A program made the translations under genes and the position numbers. Shown one piece after another: positions 19,162 through 28,845 of a stretch of 64,000 nt of DNA. Each line of letters opens with the position of its first letter. The stretch's first letter is position 1. Origin of the DNA: a virus; the IMG/VR virus record IMGVR_UViG_3300033145_000529, positions 32,001 to 96,000 of that record. The stretch is one strand, 5' to 3'. The notes below the pieces were generated by a model. The model saw only the letters and a program-made list of their open reading frames with translations, had not been told where the DNA came from and did not search any database.

Positions 19162-20067
19162 ATGGTAAACATTGCTCTCATTGGTTACGGTTATTGGGGC
19201 AAACGTTTTTTGCGTTATATTGATGAAGAATTTAATGTAAAGTATATTTTTGGTCGTTCATTAGCCCCAGGAGGTAGGTTTATCAATGATTTAAATATAA
19301 TATGGGAAGACGATAGTGTTACATCTGTGGTAATTGCTACCCCCATTGACACACATTATGAAATAGTTAGAGAAGCAATACTTCATAACAAACATGTTCT
19401 TTGCGAAAAACCGCTATCACGCAGTAGCAAGCAAGTGTTAGAGCTTCTTGGTTTAGCTAGTGATAGGGGATTGAGACTAGTTACAGAGTTTACTTATACA
19501 TTTTCAAGAACTTTGCGTAAAGCACAACAACTCGTCAAGGATGGGTGTATCGGTGATTTAGAAGCAGTAGAGCTGTCACTAAAGTATTTAGCTGTTGGTG
19601 ATATAGCTAAAAATGATAAGTATACTAAGTTTAGTATAAATTGGTTACTGGCTTCACATCTGTTGGCTGTTCTTGACATGTTTACTCCACTGGGTGGGTT
19701 ACAGTTTAGTAAGATTCGTCTGATGAAGGAGACTAGTATCTTACCTTTTTATGGTGGGGCAAGGGGGTTTATTTATATTAGCTTCAATCATCCGAACAGA
19801 GAGGCTAGGGTGGTCATATACGGTAGCAACGGTACAATACTATGTGACCTCTTACAAAAACCAACATTGAAGGTTATTACATATGATAGAGTAGATGGTG
19901 GATTAACCAATGCGACAATTGTTGATGAAAAAGAATTCATATTCGATGAAACTAACAATTTGGAACAGGCTATTTGTTACTTTAAAGAGGCAATCACACA
20001 AAATCTTACTAATCTAAAATATAGAGATTTCTGGGTAACTAGTATTTTGGAGGGGCTTGATGGGTAA
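19162..20067 (+). CDS. Gfo/Idh/MocA NAD(P)-dependent oxidoreductase
   Basis: IGYGYWG, IATP..TH, KHVLCEKP. Confidence 0.92.
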   Translation: MVNIALIGYGYWGKRFLRYIDEEFNVKYIFGRSLAPGGRFINDLNIIWEDDSVTSVVIATPIDTHYEIVREAILHNKHVLCEKPLSRSSKQVLELLGLASDRGLRLVTEFTYTFSRTLRKAQQLVKDGCIGDLEAVELSLKYLAVGDIAKNDKYTKFSINWLLASHLLAVLDMFTPLGGLQFSKIRLMKETSILPFYGGARGFIYISFNHPNREARVVIYGSNGTILCDLLQKPTLKVITYDRVDGGLTNATIVDEKEFIFDETNNLEQAICYFKEAITQNLTNLKYRDFWVTSILEGLDG

Positions 20068-20611
20068 TATACGATTAGAGTTGGTAGATATTAAACATCT
20101 TGATAAGATGGTAGAGTGGAGAAATAAACCAAGAGTGTACTCTTCATTCTTTTCGGGGAAACCGTCCTCAATTGAGCAGCAGAAAGAGTGGTTTTATGGG
20201 CAAAGTGATAATGAAGAAAATTTTATCATTTGTTTTGATGACAAGATAAGTTTTTCTGTAGCACCTCCTGTGATAGCTACAAGATATATTGGAGCTATAA
20301 GTTTATATGACATTGATGATACCAATATGAGAGCAGAATTTGGAAGATTTTATATAGGTGATGATGATTATTTAGGTCGTGGTCTTGGTGAGGAAGCGTT
20401 GCTATTACTGCTTGATTATGGTTTTTATGACCTTATTCTTAATAAGATTTATGCTGATGTTTTTCCAACCAATGCTAAAATAATAAAATTATATCGCAAA
20501 GTTGGTTTTGTTGTTGAAACCATATTGATGCAGCACTATTTTAGTAGTGGTGAATTTATTGATGCTATTAGAATGACACTAACAAAGGAGAATTATTGTG
20601 GAGGAGATTAA
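20060..20611 (+). CDS. GNAT (RimJ/PseH-like) N-acetyltransferase
   Basis: EWRN, AEFG, GRGLG, N..IKLYRKVGF. Confidence 0.88.
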   Translation: MGNIRLELVDIKHLDKMVEWRNKPRVYSSFFSGKPSSIEQQKEWFYGQSDNEENFIICFDDKISFSVAPPVIATRYIGAISLYDIDDTNMRAEFGRFYIGDDDYLGRGLGEEALLLLLDYGFYDLILNKIYADVFPTNAKIIKLYRKVGFVVETILMQHYFSSGEFIDAIRMTLTKENYCGGD

Positions 20612-21704
20612 CTTATTCAAACCTAATATTACAGAAGAGTCTGTTCAAGGTGTTTGTGATGTTCTTAGGTCTGGTTGGATAGGATTAGGTCCTAAGACTA
20701 AAGAGTTTGAGCAGAAGTTCGCTGATTTTGTTGGGGCAAAGTATTGTGTTGCTCTTAACTCGTGTACCTCTGCTTTACATCTTACAATTAAACTACTAGA
20801 TACGAGTAGTGGTGATGACATTATTACTACTCCAATGACTTTTGTATCTACAAATGCGGTTATCTTGTACGAAAACCTTGTCCCCAACTTTGTTGATGTT
20901 GAGTATGGAACGTTAAATATAGATGTTGGAGAGATAGAAAAGTCTATTACTGATAAGACTAAGGCTATAATGTGTGTTCATTATGGTGGACAACCGTGTG
21001 ACATGGATGAGATATACCAATTAGCGGACAAGTATAAATTGAAGGTTATCGAAGATGCCGCACATGCTGTTGGTTCTACCTATAAAGGGAGAAAATTGGG
21101 GTCTGCTGATATGGCTTGTTGGAGTTTTCACGCAGTAAAGAACCTACCGATGGGTGATGGTGGGGCAATTACTTTGAACAACAAAGAAGATTATGAGCGA
21201 CTGTTAAAGCTACGTTGGATGGGGATTACCAAAGATACTTGGGAAAGGTCTAGTGATACACCAGGGGTTTACTCTTGGTACTATAACGTGGACGAGCTTG
21301 GTTATAAATATCATATGAATGACATTACCGCTGCAATTGGTCTCGGACAGCTTGGGGTATTGGAGGAACACAATAAGATACGAAGGAGAATTGTAGATAC
21401 TTATTTGTCACGCATAAATAACAGTAAGGTCATGTTTCCAGTATACAAGCAGGACAGAATTAGTTCTAATCATACATTTCATATTAAAGTAACCAATCGT
21501 GACAAACTATTGAAAGTGTTGCGTGATAGTGGTATAAATTGTGGTGTACATTATATTCCAAACCATACATTTAAACTATTTAACTATCAAAAATCTTTAC
21601 CAGTAGCGGAGGAAGTTTATGAGCAGGTAATACTTCTCCCATTGCATACTCTACTATCTGATGATGATATTAACAGAGTGTGTAGTGTGATAAATAATTT
21701 TTAG
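20598..21704 (+). CDS. DegT/DnrJ/EryC1/StrS sugar aminotransferase
   Basis: NSCTSALH, VHYGG, EDAAHA, SFHAVKN (PLP Lys), GDGG. Confidence 0.95.
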   Translation: MEEINLFKPNITEESVQGVCDVLRSGWIGLGPKTKEFEQKFADFVGAKYCVALNSCTSALHLTIKLLDTSSGDDIITTPMTFVSTNAVILYENLVPNFVDVEYGTLNIDVGEIEKSITDKTKAIMCVHYGGQPCDMDEIYQLADKYKLKVIEDAAHAVGSTYKGRKLGSADMACWSFHAVKNLPMGDGGAITLNNKEDYERLLKLRWMGITKDTWERSSDTPGVYSWYYNVDELGYKYHMNDITAAIGLGQLGVLEEHNKIRRRIVDTYLSRINNSKVMFPVYKQDRISSNHTFHIKVTNRDKLLKVLRDSGINCGVHYIPNHTFKLFNYQKSLPVAEEVYEQVILLPLHTLLSDDDINRVCSVINNF

Positions 21705-21766
21705 ATTAGAACGAGGAAGTCTTGTGAGGTTGGTCAGGTTTGGGAGTTTAATTTCAAGGAGACCAA

Positions 21767-21868
21767 ATGAAAATATGTACAAAGTGCAATAAAGTTGAAA
21801 AGTGCGATTGTGGTTGCACAGAATTTCAATACTCCTTTTTTGGGAAGGAGAATAAAATAAAGAGGTGA
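21767..21868 (+). CDS. 33-aa Zn-ribbon peptide
   Basis: AAGGAG RBS; MKICTKCNKVEKCDCGCTEF... Confidence 0.5.
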   Translation: MKICTKCNKVEKCDCGCTEFQYSFFGKENKIKR

Positions 21869-21873
21869 ATGGA

Positions 21874-22383
21874 ATGCCATACGGCATAAAAAATGAAACG
21901 CCAGAACAAACTAAGTGGATGGAGAAATGTGTTGATAGTATAACTGGCACTAACAAGAGAACTGATAAACCCTACACCAAAGGTGAAAAGATAGCGATTT
22001 GTAAAGTGCAGTTAAAGAAGAGAGGTTCTTCTGAGGCTTATAGCGAAGAAAGTCTTAGGGAGCAGTTCTACGACTTTGAGGATAAAATAAGAGATGCTCT
22101 TTCTCCTTCGTTGATGCGTGAGACACCATCATATGGTCCTTATGTAGTGGACATTTTTGATGATTGTGTTATCGTGGACAAGGGCAACAAGATGTATAAG
22201 TTATCTTATACAATTAAAGGTGACGATGTTTCTTTTGATTGGGGTAGTGCAGTTGAAGTTAAAAGAAGAACTGTTTATGAACCAGTAGAGGAAGCGGAGA
22301 GACAAATCGTAACGAAAGTTCCCCGCATTCCACAGAGGAATGGTGGAAGAATCGTAACTTTTGGTGGAAGAACAGTAAGTTAA
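21874..22383 (+). CDS. head-associated hypothetical protein
   Basis: WMEKCV..IAICK N-terminal motif; located in head module. Confidence 0.6.
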   Translation: MPYGIKNETPEQTKWMEKCVDSITGTNKRTDKPYTKGEKIAICKVQLKKRGSSEAYSEESLREQFYDFEDKIRDALSPSLMRETPSYGPYVVDIFDDCVIVDKGNKMYKLSYTIKGDDVSFDWGSAVEVKRRTVYEPVEEAERQIVTKVPRIPQRNGGRIVTFGGRTVS

Positions 22384-22395
22384 GGAGAGGTATAC

Positions 22396-23547
22396 ATGAA
22401 AGTTTTATGGATAGGTGATGCCCTCGTGCAGTCAGGGTTTAGCGTGGTGACGCATAGCATCTGTAATCAATTAGTTAATAAGTGTGATTTGGTCGTATAT
22501 GGTGTGCGTAATGATGGTAAATTGAGGCATAACGCTAATTATCACATATATCCAGGTCAACATTCTGAAGACATGTATGGTTTTGATTTTGCCGCACAAG
22601 TTGTGATGCAGGAAAATCCTGATATTGTCGTGCTGTTCAATGATGACCACATTGTTAATAGATACCTTGACGCTATTCGTAATGTGAGTAAGAAATATAA
22701 CAGTTCGGCTAGGATAGTTCCTTTGTTTCCTGTTAATCTGCTACCTGTTGGTAGAGATGTTATGCTTTACTTTACAGTGAAGGATATTGAGCAAGTTATG
22801 ACCTACACTAATTTCTCTAAACGTAAAATTGAAGAACTTAATCCGAACTTAAATGTTACTGCTATTTGTCACGGTGTGGATAGGAATTTATATTTTCCTA
22901 TACCCGATGCTAAAGAACAATTAGGAGTGGGAAAAGATTTTATTGTTGGCAATATCAATTCCAACACTTATAGAAAACGTCTTGATTTGTTACTAGAGGG
23001 ATTTGCCAAGTTTGCCAAGGGAAAATCTGATGTAAAATGTCTTATTCATGCTAATAATCCCGATATAGCATACGATTTACCAACTTTAGCAAAAGATTTT
23101 GGTATAATGGATAAAGTTATTCTTAGTACTGATAAACTAATTGTAGATAAGTTAAATGTTCTTTACAATGTAATGGATATTAACACTAATACAGCACTTG
23201 GAGAAGGATTTGGTTTATCACTTATTGAAGGAGCGGCTTGTGGTGTTCCCATCTTATGTACTGATAATGGTAATCTTAGAGATATTTGGGGCAAGAATGC
23301 TGATTACATTGAAATAGAACGCTCAGAGTATGTTGCTGGTTCTAAGTTTAAAGGTGATGTCATCAGTACTGATGATTTTGCTAAGAAGCTTAATAATTTC
23401 TATGAAGACCGTTCTTATCTATCAGAACGGAAAGAGAACATCTTTGAAGTTGGCAAAGACCCTAAATTTGATTGGTCAACTGTGGCAGATAAGGTTTTTA
23501 AGGTGATTACTACTGCGAACAGAGGAAAATTAGGTATTGTATCTTAA
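22396..23547 (+). CDS. glycosyltransferase family 4 (GT-B)
   Basis: LWIGD..SGF, N..RKRLDL, GEGFGLSLIEGAACGVP. Confidence 0.92.
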   Translation: MKVLWIGDALVQSGFSVVTHSICNQLVNKCDLVVYGVRNDGKLRHNANYHIYPGQHSEDMYGFDFAAQVVMQENPDIVVLFNDDHIVNRYLDAIRNVSKKYNSSARIVPLFPVNLLPVGRDVMLYFTVKDIEQVMTYTNFSKRKIEELNPNLNVTAICHGVDRNLYFPIPDAKEQLGVGKDFIVGNINSNTYRKRLDLLLEGFAKFAKGKSDVKCLIHANNPDIAYDLPTLAKDFGIMDKVILSTDKLIVDKLNVLYNVMDINTNTALGEGFGLSLIEGAACGVPILCTDNGNLRDIWGKNADYIEIERSEYVAGSKFKGDVISTDDFAKKLNNFYEDRSYLSERKENIFEVGKDPKFDWSTVADKVFKVITTANRGKLGIVS

Positions 23548-23580
23548 TTTTATGGTTTATTTAAATTATCTTTAAATTAC

Positions 23581-23628
23581 TTGCCAAAAACGTGGTCTAA
23601 TGGTGTACTTTTCGTTAGTGATCGATCA
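23581..23628 (+). promoter_or_regulatory. candidate head-operon promoter with downstream palindrome
   Basis: TTGCCA-17-TGTACT with extended TG; perfect palindrome TGATCGATCA at 23619-23628; TTTAAATTA direct repeat upstream. Confidence 0.5.
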
Positions 23629-23681
23629 GGGAAACCAAACGTGTTTTGTGCCCGTTTGGGCAAGTTAACGGAGTATTGAGT

Positions 23682-24278
23682 ATGACCGATAAAGAAACTA
23701 AATTTACGTTAAGTCTTGACCTCATCGAGGATAGCGAACTAGCCCAAGCTGGTATTCCTGATGAATATAAGAACCCTCTGTTGACGTGGGTAAGGTTTAT
23801 TTTTACAGATGACTTACCAAATGCGAATAACCAGGGGATTAGTCAAGATGAGTTTTTAAATCTCATCAAGTCTATGTCCTATATGCCAATCAAAGCTGAT
23901 TTTGATTCTGAATTTGGACTTGAGGGACACTCTGAAGCACACATAATTGGAGTTATTAAGGGAGGACAACAGCAAGCAAATAAGGTAGTTACTATTGGTG
24001 CAATATATCACGATGAGTTTCCTGATATTGTTGACTTCTTCAAGAGAGAGATGGCGGAAGGTGGAACTGTGGATTTTTCTTGGGAAATAAGATACAAGGA
24101 TTCAGAGGAAAAAGATGGTGTTGAGTGGCTAAAAGATGTGACTACTAAAGCTGTAACGGCTGTTCAGCATCCTGCTTACCAAGGTAGGACACCGTTAGTT
24201 TCTATCAGTGCGAAGGATTTGGTTCAATTGATAGATGAAGAATTAAAGGACAGAAAAGATACTGAGGTGATTAAATGA
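23682..24278 (+). CDS. prohead (capsid maturation) protease
   Basis: PNANNQG, GH..IIGVI, FSWEI, HPAY; position before scaffold and capsid genes. Confidence 0.7.
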   Translation: MTDKETKFTLSLDLIEDSELAQAGIPDEYKNPLLTWVRFIFTDDLPNANNQGISQDEFLNLIKSMSYMPIKADFDSEFGLEGHSEAHIIGVIKGGQQQANKVVTIGAIYHDEFPDIVDFFKREMAEGGTVDFSWEIRYKDSEEKDGVEWLKDVTTKAVTAVQHPAYQGRTPLVSISAKDLVQLIDEELKDRKDTEVIK

Positions 24279-25252
24279 AAAGATTATTAGACCTAGCTGG
24301 TGTGTCTACTCCTCAGTTATTAGAAATTAAGAAAGTGTTAACGGCTGGTGTTCCTGCTAGTGCAGAGGAGAATAATGATGGTGCTGTAGCTCAGTTGTGT
24401 CATAAGAGTCCTCCAAAGGGTTACCCCAAGGAGAGAGGACAATACGGTGATCCTGAGTGTTATAGATACCCACTTAACACTAAAGCTAGATGCCTAGCCG
24501 CTTGGAGATATGTTCACCAAAAGCAAAATAAATCTATCTTGGGTGGTAAGTTTAAGAAGGTAGAGAGCAAAATCAAAAGTTATGCTAAAAAGAACTATAA
24601 TTTGGATCTTCAGGTTGGTGACTCAGAGGAGTTTGATTGGGAACAAGTATTCATGGAATATTATGATGCTGAGACAATGGGTGAGCGTAGCGAGCTTATT
24701 GACCTTGAACCCGAAGATAGTGAGGTAAAAATGGAAGACAAAGAGAGAATTGAGGCTCTTGAACAGGAAAACAAAGATTTGAAGAGGGAAAAGGAGACTT
24801 GGAGCACTGAAAAATCTGCGTTGGAGATACAGGCTTTGAAGGACGAAAAGGGAACTTGGGTTACTGAAAAAGCTGACCTAGAGGGAAAGGCTTCTCAGGT
24901 TGAGACGCTCACAACTGAGCTTAACAGCCAGAAAGAAGAACTTGAGACTCTAAGAAAGTTCAAGGCTGATACTGATGAAGCCGCTGAAAGAGCGGAAAAA
25001 ATCAAGGGTATCAAAGCTAAGTTAGATGAAGCAGCAATTGAGGCTAATGTGGAAGCTGATGCCGATTACTGGTTGAGTATGACTGATGAGACCCTAGATA
25101 AGACAATTGCTAAGATGAGCGAACTGAAGAAGGGAGCAAAAGCTTCAGCAAGTATAAAAATTCCCCCTGTTGGTAGTGGAGATGAGTCTGACGCAAAAAT
25201 AGTTGTTTCAGATGGTTTGAAAGAGCTAAAACAGGCTAAGGGAGGTAGTTAA
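24275..25252 (+). CDS. scaffolding protein with N-terminal DUF6582-like domain
   Basis: RYPLNTKARCLAAWRY N-domain; acidic coiled-coil C-terminal half with a duplicated EKxTWxTEKxxLE unit. Confidence 0.7.
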   Translation: MKRLLDLAGVSTPQLLEIKKVLTAGVPASAEENNDGAVAQLCHKSPPKGYPKERGQYGDPECYRYPLNTKARCLAAWRYVHQKQNKSILGGKFKKVESKIKSYAKKNYNLDLQVGDSEEFDWEQVFMEYYDAETMGERSELIDLEPEDSEVKMEDKERIEALEQENKDLKREKETWSTEKSALEIQALKDEKGTWVTEKADLEGKASQVETLTTELNSQKEELETLRKFKADTDEAAERAEKIKGIKAKLDEAAIEANVEADADYWLSMTDETLDKTIAKMSELKKGAKASASIKIPPVGSGDESDAKIVVSDGLKELKQAKGGS

Positions 25253-25254
25253 AA

Positions 25255-25869
25255 ATGGGAGTAGAAATTAGATTAAGAGGTACAGCAATTGGTTGTATAG
25301 CACAAGAAAGCATTAAAGCAGGACTTGCTGTTCAACTTGTTCCCGCAACAAATGCCCCACGTATTTTGGCTGGTAGTCCCGACCCTGACCCACGATTGCA
25401 AGATGGGATTTATAACACGTTGCAGGGAGCACAAAAACCTACAGGTGCGGGAGAGCTTGCGGCTCATTATGTAGCAGCGTTTCGTGTTTATAATGAGAAA
25501 CCACCGCTATATGAGACTCTTCCAGTGTTGGATGTTGGTGGTTCTACTGTACCTTATACAATGAGAGAATTTGTAGAAGGTGAAGAGAACCTACCTGCTG
25601 AGGATATTGACCTAAGAATGGTAGTTCCGAGATTAAAAGAAGATGCAACAATCCCTTCAGGTGCGTTGATGTTGGCTTATGATGACGGTATCTATACCGT
25701 AACAAGCGGATGCTTCGTTGCTGGTGCAACTTATGCTGTTGGTCAAAAACTTAAGGCGGGAGTTGGTGGTGTTTGGACAGAGACAGCTTTGGATGCCGAT
25801 TCGGTTGCTGTTGTTTTTGAAAGAAATAGTACCAAGAATACACTAACAATTAAGACTGAAAGGAACTAA
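25255..25869 (+). CDS. capsid decoration/cement protein
   Basis: Beta-rich 204 aa protein between scaffold and MCP. Confidence 0.6.
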   Translation: MGVEIRLRGTAIGCIAQESIKAGLAVQLVPATNAPRILAGSPDPDPRLQDGIYNTLQGAQKPTGAGELAAHYVAAFRVYNEKPPLYETLPVLDVGGSTVPYTMREFVEGEENLPAEDIDLRMVVPRLKEDATIPSGALMLAYDDGIYTVTSGCFVAGATYAVGQKLKAGVGGVWTETALDADSVAVVFERNSTKNTLTIKTERN

Positions 25870-25894
25870 AATTAGTGTACTAGACTAAAATATT

Positions 25895-25917
25895 GGGGGA
25901 GGTTTATTTCCTCCCCC
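25895..25917 (+). other. GC-rich stem-loop upstream of MCP
   Basis: GGGGGAGG-TTTATTT-CCTCCCCC; no U-tract. Confidence 0.7.
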
Positions 25918-25932
25918 TGAATAGGTGAAAAA

Positions 25933-26865
25933 ATGGACGAACAAAAGTTTAAAGAAGCTATGGCTCAAATAGCAAAAACTGATAAGAGAGCACTGGCTGA
26001 ACTTATTGTCGAATATGTTGACCCTAAGCACATTACTGCGGACATCGTAGGTATGTTCTTGAACACAAGATCATTAAATCCTGGTGATGCTTTGGTAAAG
26101 AAAGTGCGTAGAGGCATCGAAGTTCGTCAGTTAGTTCCTGGTCAGGATACGCTTGCTAGCCAAATCACAGTGAAAGAAGTTGTGACTTACAATTTGGATA
26201 CAGCTTACGCAGAAGTTGCCCACAATGAGTGGGAGGTAGAGTCAGGTGAAATTGGCACTGTTGACGAGATAAGACGTGAAATGATGGCTAAATTGTCAGA
26301 CTTTTATGTTGTTAAGGTTATGAATGCGTTATATACGCTGGCTACACTTGATGCTGCTAGTGGTGTCGGTGCTACAAACTTCTGGTATTTGACAAGTCTT
26401 ACTAGAAGTGCGTTGGAAGATGCCATTGATAGTATAGCGGATGTAGCTGGAAATGTAAGGGCTGTGGTTGGCAGAAGACCTACCTTAGCTCCTATTACAA
26501 AGTTTGCTGGATATAGGGTTGGTGTGGGAGCCACCGAAGCGGCTGGTTACCCCGTACCTGTTCCAAGCACTTTGGAGGAGATTAAGAGAACTGGTTGGTT
26601 TGGTATGTACTACGGCGCAAATTTTATCAGCTTAGAGCAAGTCTACGATAACCCATATGATAGAAATGGTTTAATCCAAGATGACTTAATTGTTGTTATT
26701 GGTGATAATTGTGGTGAGTTTATTACTTATGGAGACGTAAGAGAAGACCAGTGGACCGATATGGTTACTGCTCCCCCAACTTGGCACATTAGAATTTATC
26801 AGCAATTCGGTCTCCTATTTGACCGTATGGAAAATGTGGGCATCATAAGAACTGATAAAAGTTAA
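25933..26865 (+). CDS. major capsid protein (HK97-like)
   Basis: 310 aa after scaffold/decoration genes; AGGTGA RBS; flanked by hairpins. Confidence 0.8.
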   Translation: MDEQKFKEAMAQIAKTDKRALAELIVEYVDPKHITADIVGMFLNTRSLNPGDALVKKVRRGIEVRQLVPGQDTLASQITVKEVVTYNLDTAYAEVAHNEWEVESGEIGTVDEIRREMMAKLSDFYVVKVMNALYTLATLDAASGVGATNFWYLTSLTRSALEDAIDSIADVAGNVRAVVGRRPTLAPITKFAGYRVGVGATEAAGYPVPVPSTLEEIKRTGWFGMYYGANFISLEQVYDNPYDRNGLIQDDLIVVIGDNCGEFITYGDVREDQWTDMVTAPPTWHIRIYQQFGLLFDRMENVGIIRTDKS

Positions 26866-26866
26866 A

Positions 26867-26893
26867 TAGTGGGGGGCTAAACCCCCCCTACTA
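26867..26893 (+). terminator. stem-loop after MCP (terminator or stabiliser)
   Basis: TAGTGGGGGG-CTAAA-CCCCCCCTACTA; lacks a U-tract. Confidence 0.55.
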
Positions 26894-26952
26894 AGAACTG
26901 GATGGAAGAGAGGTTCAGAAATTCAGTATAAAAAGCATAAAGGAGATATAGA

Positions 26953-27453
26953 ATGGAAGATAAGAAATATCCAAGAATTTTTAGGAAGGCTATAAGGGGT
27001 GCTGTTGGTGGTACGTTTATCAACACGAGGGGAGATATAGAAGAATTTCTATTAAAAGGTGACCCCCATACCAAAGATGTTGAACGGGTTGTTGTAGAGG
27101 TTCATGATGCGGAGGCTGAGAAATACTTCATTAAGCATAATAAACCTGCAATTGTCAAGGGCTATTTAGTCGAGATTAGTGAAGGTTATGAGATGACATT
27201 AGATGAGGTGAATGCGGTAAGTGATGGTTTCTTAAAAGATCTTCTAAAGCAACCGTTTATGAAGATGAAGAAGAGAGTAATAGAGTTTACGTCACCTGTT
27301 CCTGTGGATAGATTACTTACCTTTGCGTTGGAGAGTAATAAACCATTCAAGACTATTGAATTCTTGAAGGCAACTCTAAGTAGCTTCACTAAGAGGACAT
27401 TACCCAACGTAGCCGAGATAGGTGGTGTGAAGATTGGCGGTTCTACACAATAA
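26953..27453 (+). CDS. hypothetical protein (head module)
   Basis: AGGAG RBS; ORF track. Confidence 0.75.
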   Translation: MEDKKYPRIFRKAIRGAVGGTFINTRGDIEEFLLKGDPHTKDVERVVVEVHDAEAEKYFIKHNKPAIVKGYLVEISEGYEMTLDEVNAVSDGFLKDLLKQPFMKMKKRVIEFTSPVPVDRLLTFALESNKPFKTIEFLKATLSSFTKRTLPNVAEIGGVKIGGSTQ

Positions 27454-27507
27454 GTAAACATCCCCGCTAATAAGGTTGTGTTAATCTTTCCCATTGGAGT
27501 AGAGTAA

Positions 27508-27996
27508 ATGCCACAGACGACAACATTAGCATATTTGATACCTCAGTTTAGGAGACATCTATCAGATTACACGTCTCCTTATACTTATGACGATGCCACC
27601 CTGTCTGGTTTCCTATTTGACTCTATTAAAGCTTTAGGACGCAGGTGGAATAACAAATATTTTGTTGCCACAGTGAGCAGTGTCCCTAATTTAATTATTA
27701 GGAATGAGAACTCTGATTTGTTTGAATTTTCCGAGCCTCCAGTTATCCAAGGTCAGGATGAACGTGCTATTATCTTACAGGCTTCTATTATTATAAAGAG
27801 TAGCACAAAGTGGAGTGAGTCTGGTAGTGCTGTTAATTGGAGGGATGAAGAGATTTCATATTCTAATGTTCAATCAGCAAGGCAGAGAAGCTCTACATTA
27901 GATGATGATATTAGAGAACTTAATGAGCTATTTCCTGTTAAGTTAGCCCAATCTCAATATGGAAGACAGTATGGTTGGACTAGAGATTGGGAATAA
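27508..27996 (+). CDS. head-tail adaptor
   Basis: LIPQFRRHLSD..YDDATL; position after MCP. Confidence 0.65.
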   Translation: MPQTTTLAYLIPQFRRHLSDYTSPYTYDDATLSGFLFDSIKALGRRWNNKYFVATVSSVPNLIIRNENSDLFEFSEPPVIQGQDERAIILQASIIIKSSTKWSESGSAVNWRDEEISYSNVQSARQRSSTLDDDIRELNELFPVKLAQSQYGRQYGWTRDWE

Positions 27997-28127
27997 ACTT
28001 GTTTAGAGTATTAAGTGAATGTTCTCAATACTAAGTTGTTGGATTAACTATTTGATTATGGTATCGAGTACTGACTCTGACACCATTTATTATAAAGATT
28101 AAATTGTATGATAAAGGAGAGGAAATT

Positions 28128-28841
28128 GTGGAAGAAAAGGATAGGAACAAAGTTGCTTTAAAAATTATCCAGATTTCAGACTTACATATTACTTCTTTCC
28201 GAAATCTATTATCCCCGATGATTGAGGCTATAAATCGTGAGCAAGTAGATTTAGTTGTGGTGACTGGAGATATTACTCACTATTCTGATGATAAAGACTT
28301 GTTTAAAGTGTCAGAAGCTTCTTTAAACAAGATTAGGCATAGGGTAGTTGTAATTCCTGGGGATTATGATGGGGGAGAATTGTGGAAGGATAGTTTTGGA
28401 GAGGGTCGCTTAAAGGCTTTCAATCTTAATGGTTTTTGTTTGGACTTTCTGGATACTTCATTCATGGGGCATAAATATGCTGTTGGTTGGGCGGACGTTC
28501 TGAAGGACGAAGACCCCGAACAATATGAATGGTTGAAGGAGCAGTTAAAAATTGACAAATACCATCTTGTATTTTCTCATCATCCATTTTGGACTCAACC
28601 AACAAAAGAGGGGGATGAGTACCTAAGCGATACTTTAAGGGCTGTATACTCAGGTCACTTACACGAACCAATAAAATTTTACTTTAAGTACGATAAACCT
28701 AAAGCCCACTTTCCACACGGGTTCACGTGTGTCCCAATGAAATTTCATGGTAATGCGTGTTATATGGTTATCTTGGTTAAATCTAATGGAGAGATGGTTA
28801 ATATTCCCAGGATGGTAAGTGCAAAACGAACAGCATGGTAA
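28128..28841 (+). CDS. calcineurin-like metallophosphoesterase
   Basis: SDLH, TGD, PGDYD, HHP, GHLH. Confidence 0.88.
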   Translation: MEEKDRNKVALKIIQISDLHITSFRNLLSPMIEAINREQVDLVVVTGDITHYSDDKDLFKVSEASLNKIRHRVVVIPGDYDGGELWKDSFGEGRLKAFNLNGFCLDFLDTSFMGHKYAVGWADVLKDEDPEQYEWLKEQLKIDKYHLVFSHHPFWTQPTKEGDEYLSDTLRAVYSGHLHEPIKFYFKYDKPKAHFPHGFTCVPMKFHGNACYMVILVKSNGEMVNIPRMVSAKRTAW

Positions 28842-28845
28842 TGAA

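Noticed and set aside
10341-21704. O-antigen/serotype conversion cassette or captured host LPS locus
   Set aside because: No Wzx/Wzy/GtrAB or transmembrane proteins; coupled to the portal gene with phage-like composition. Not formally excluded.
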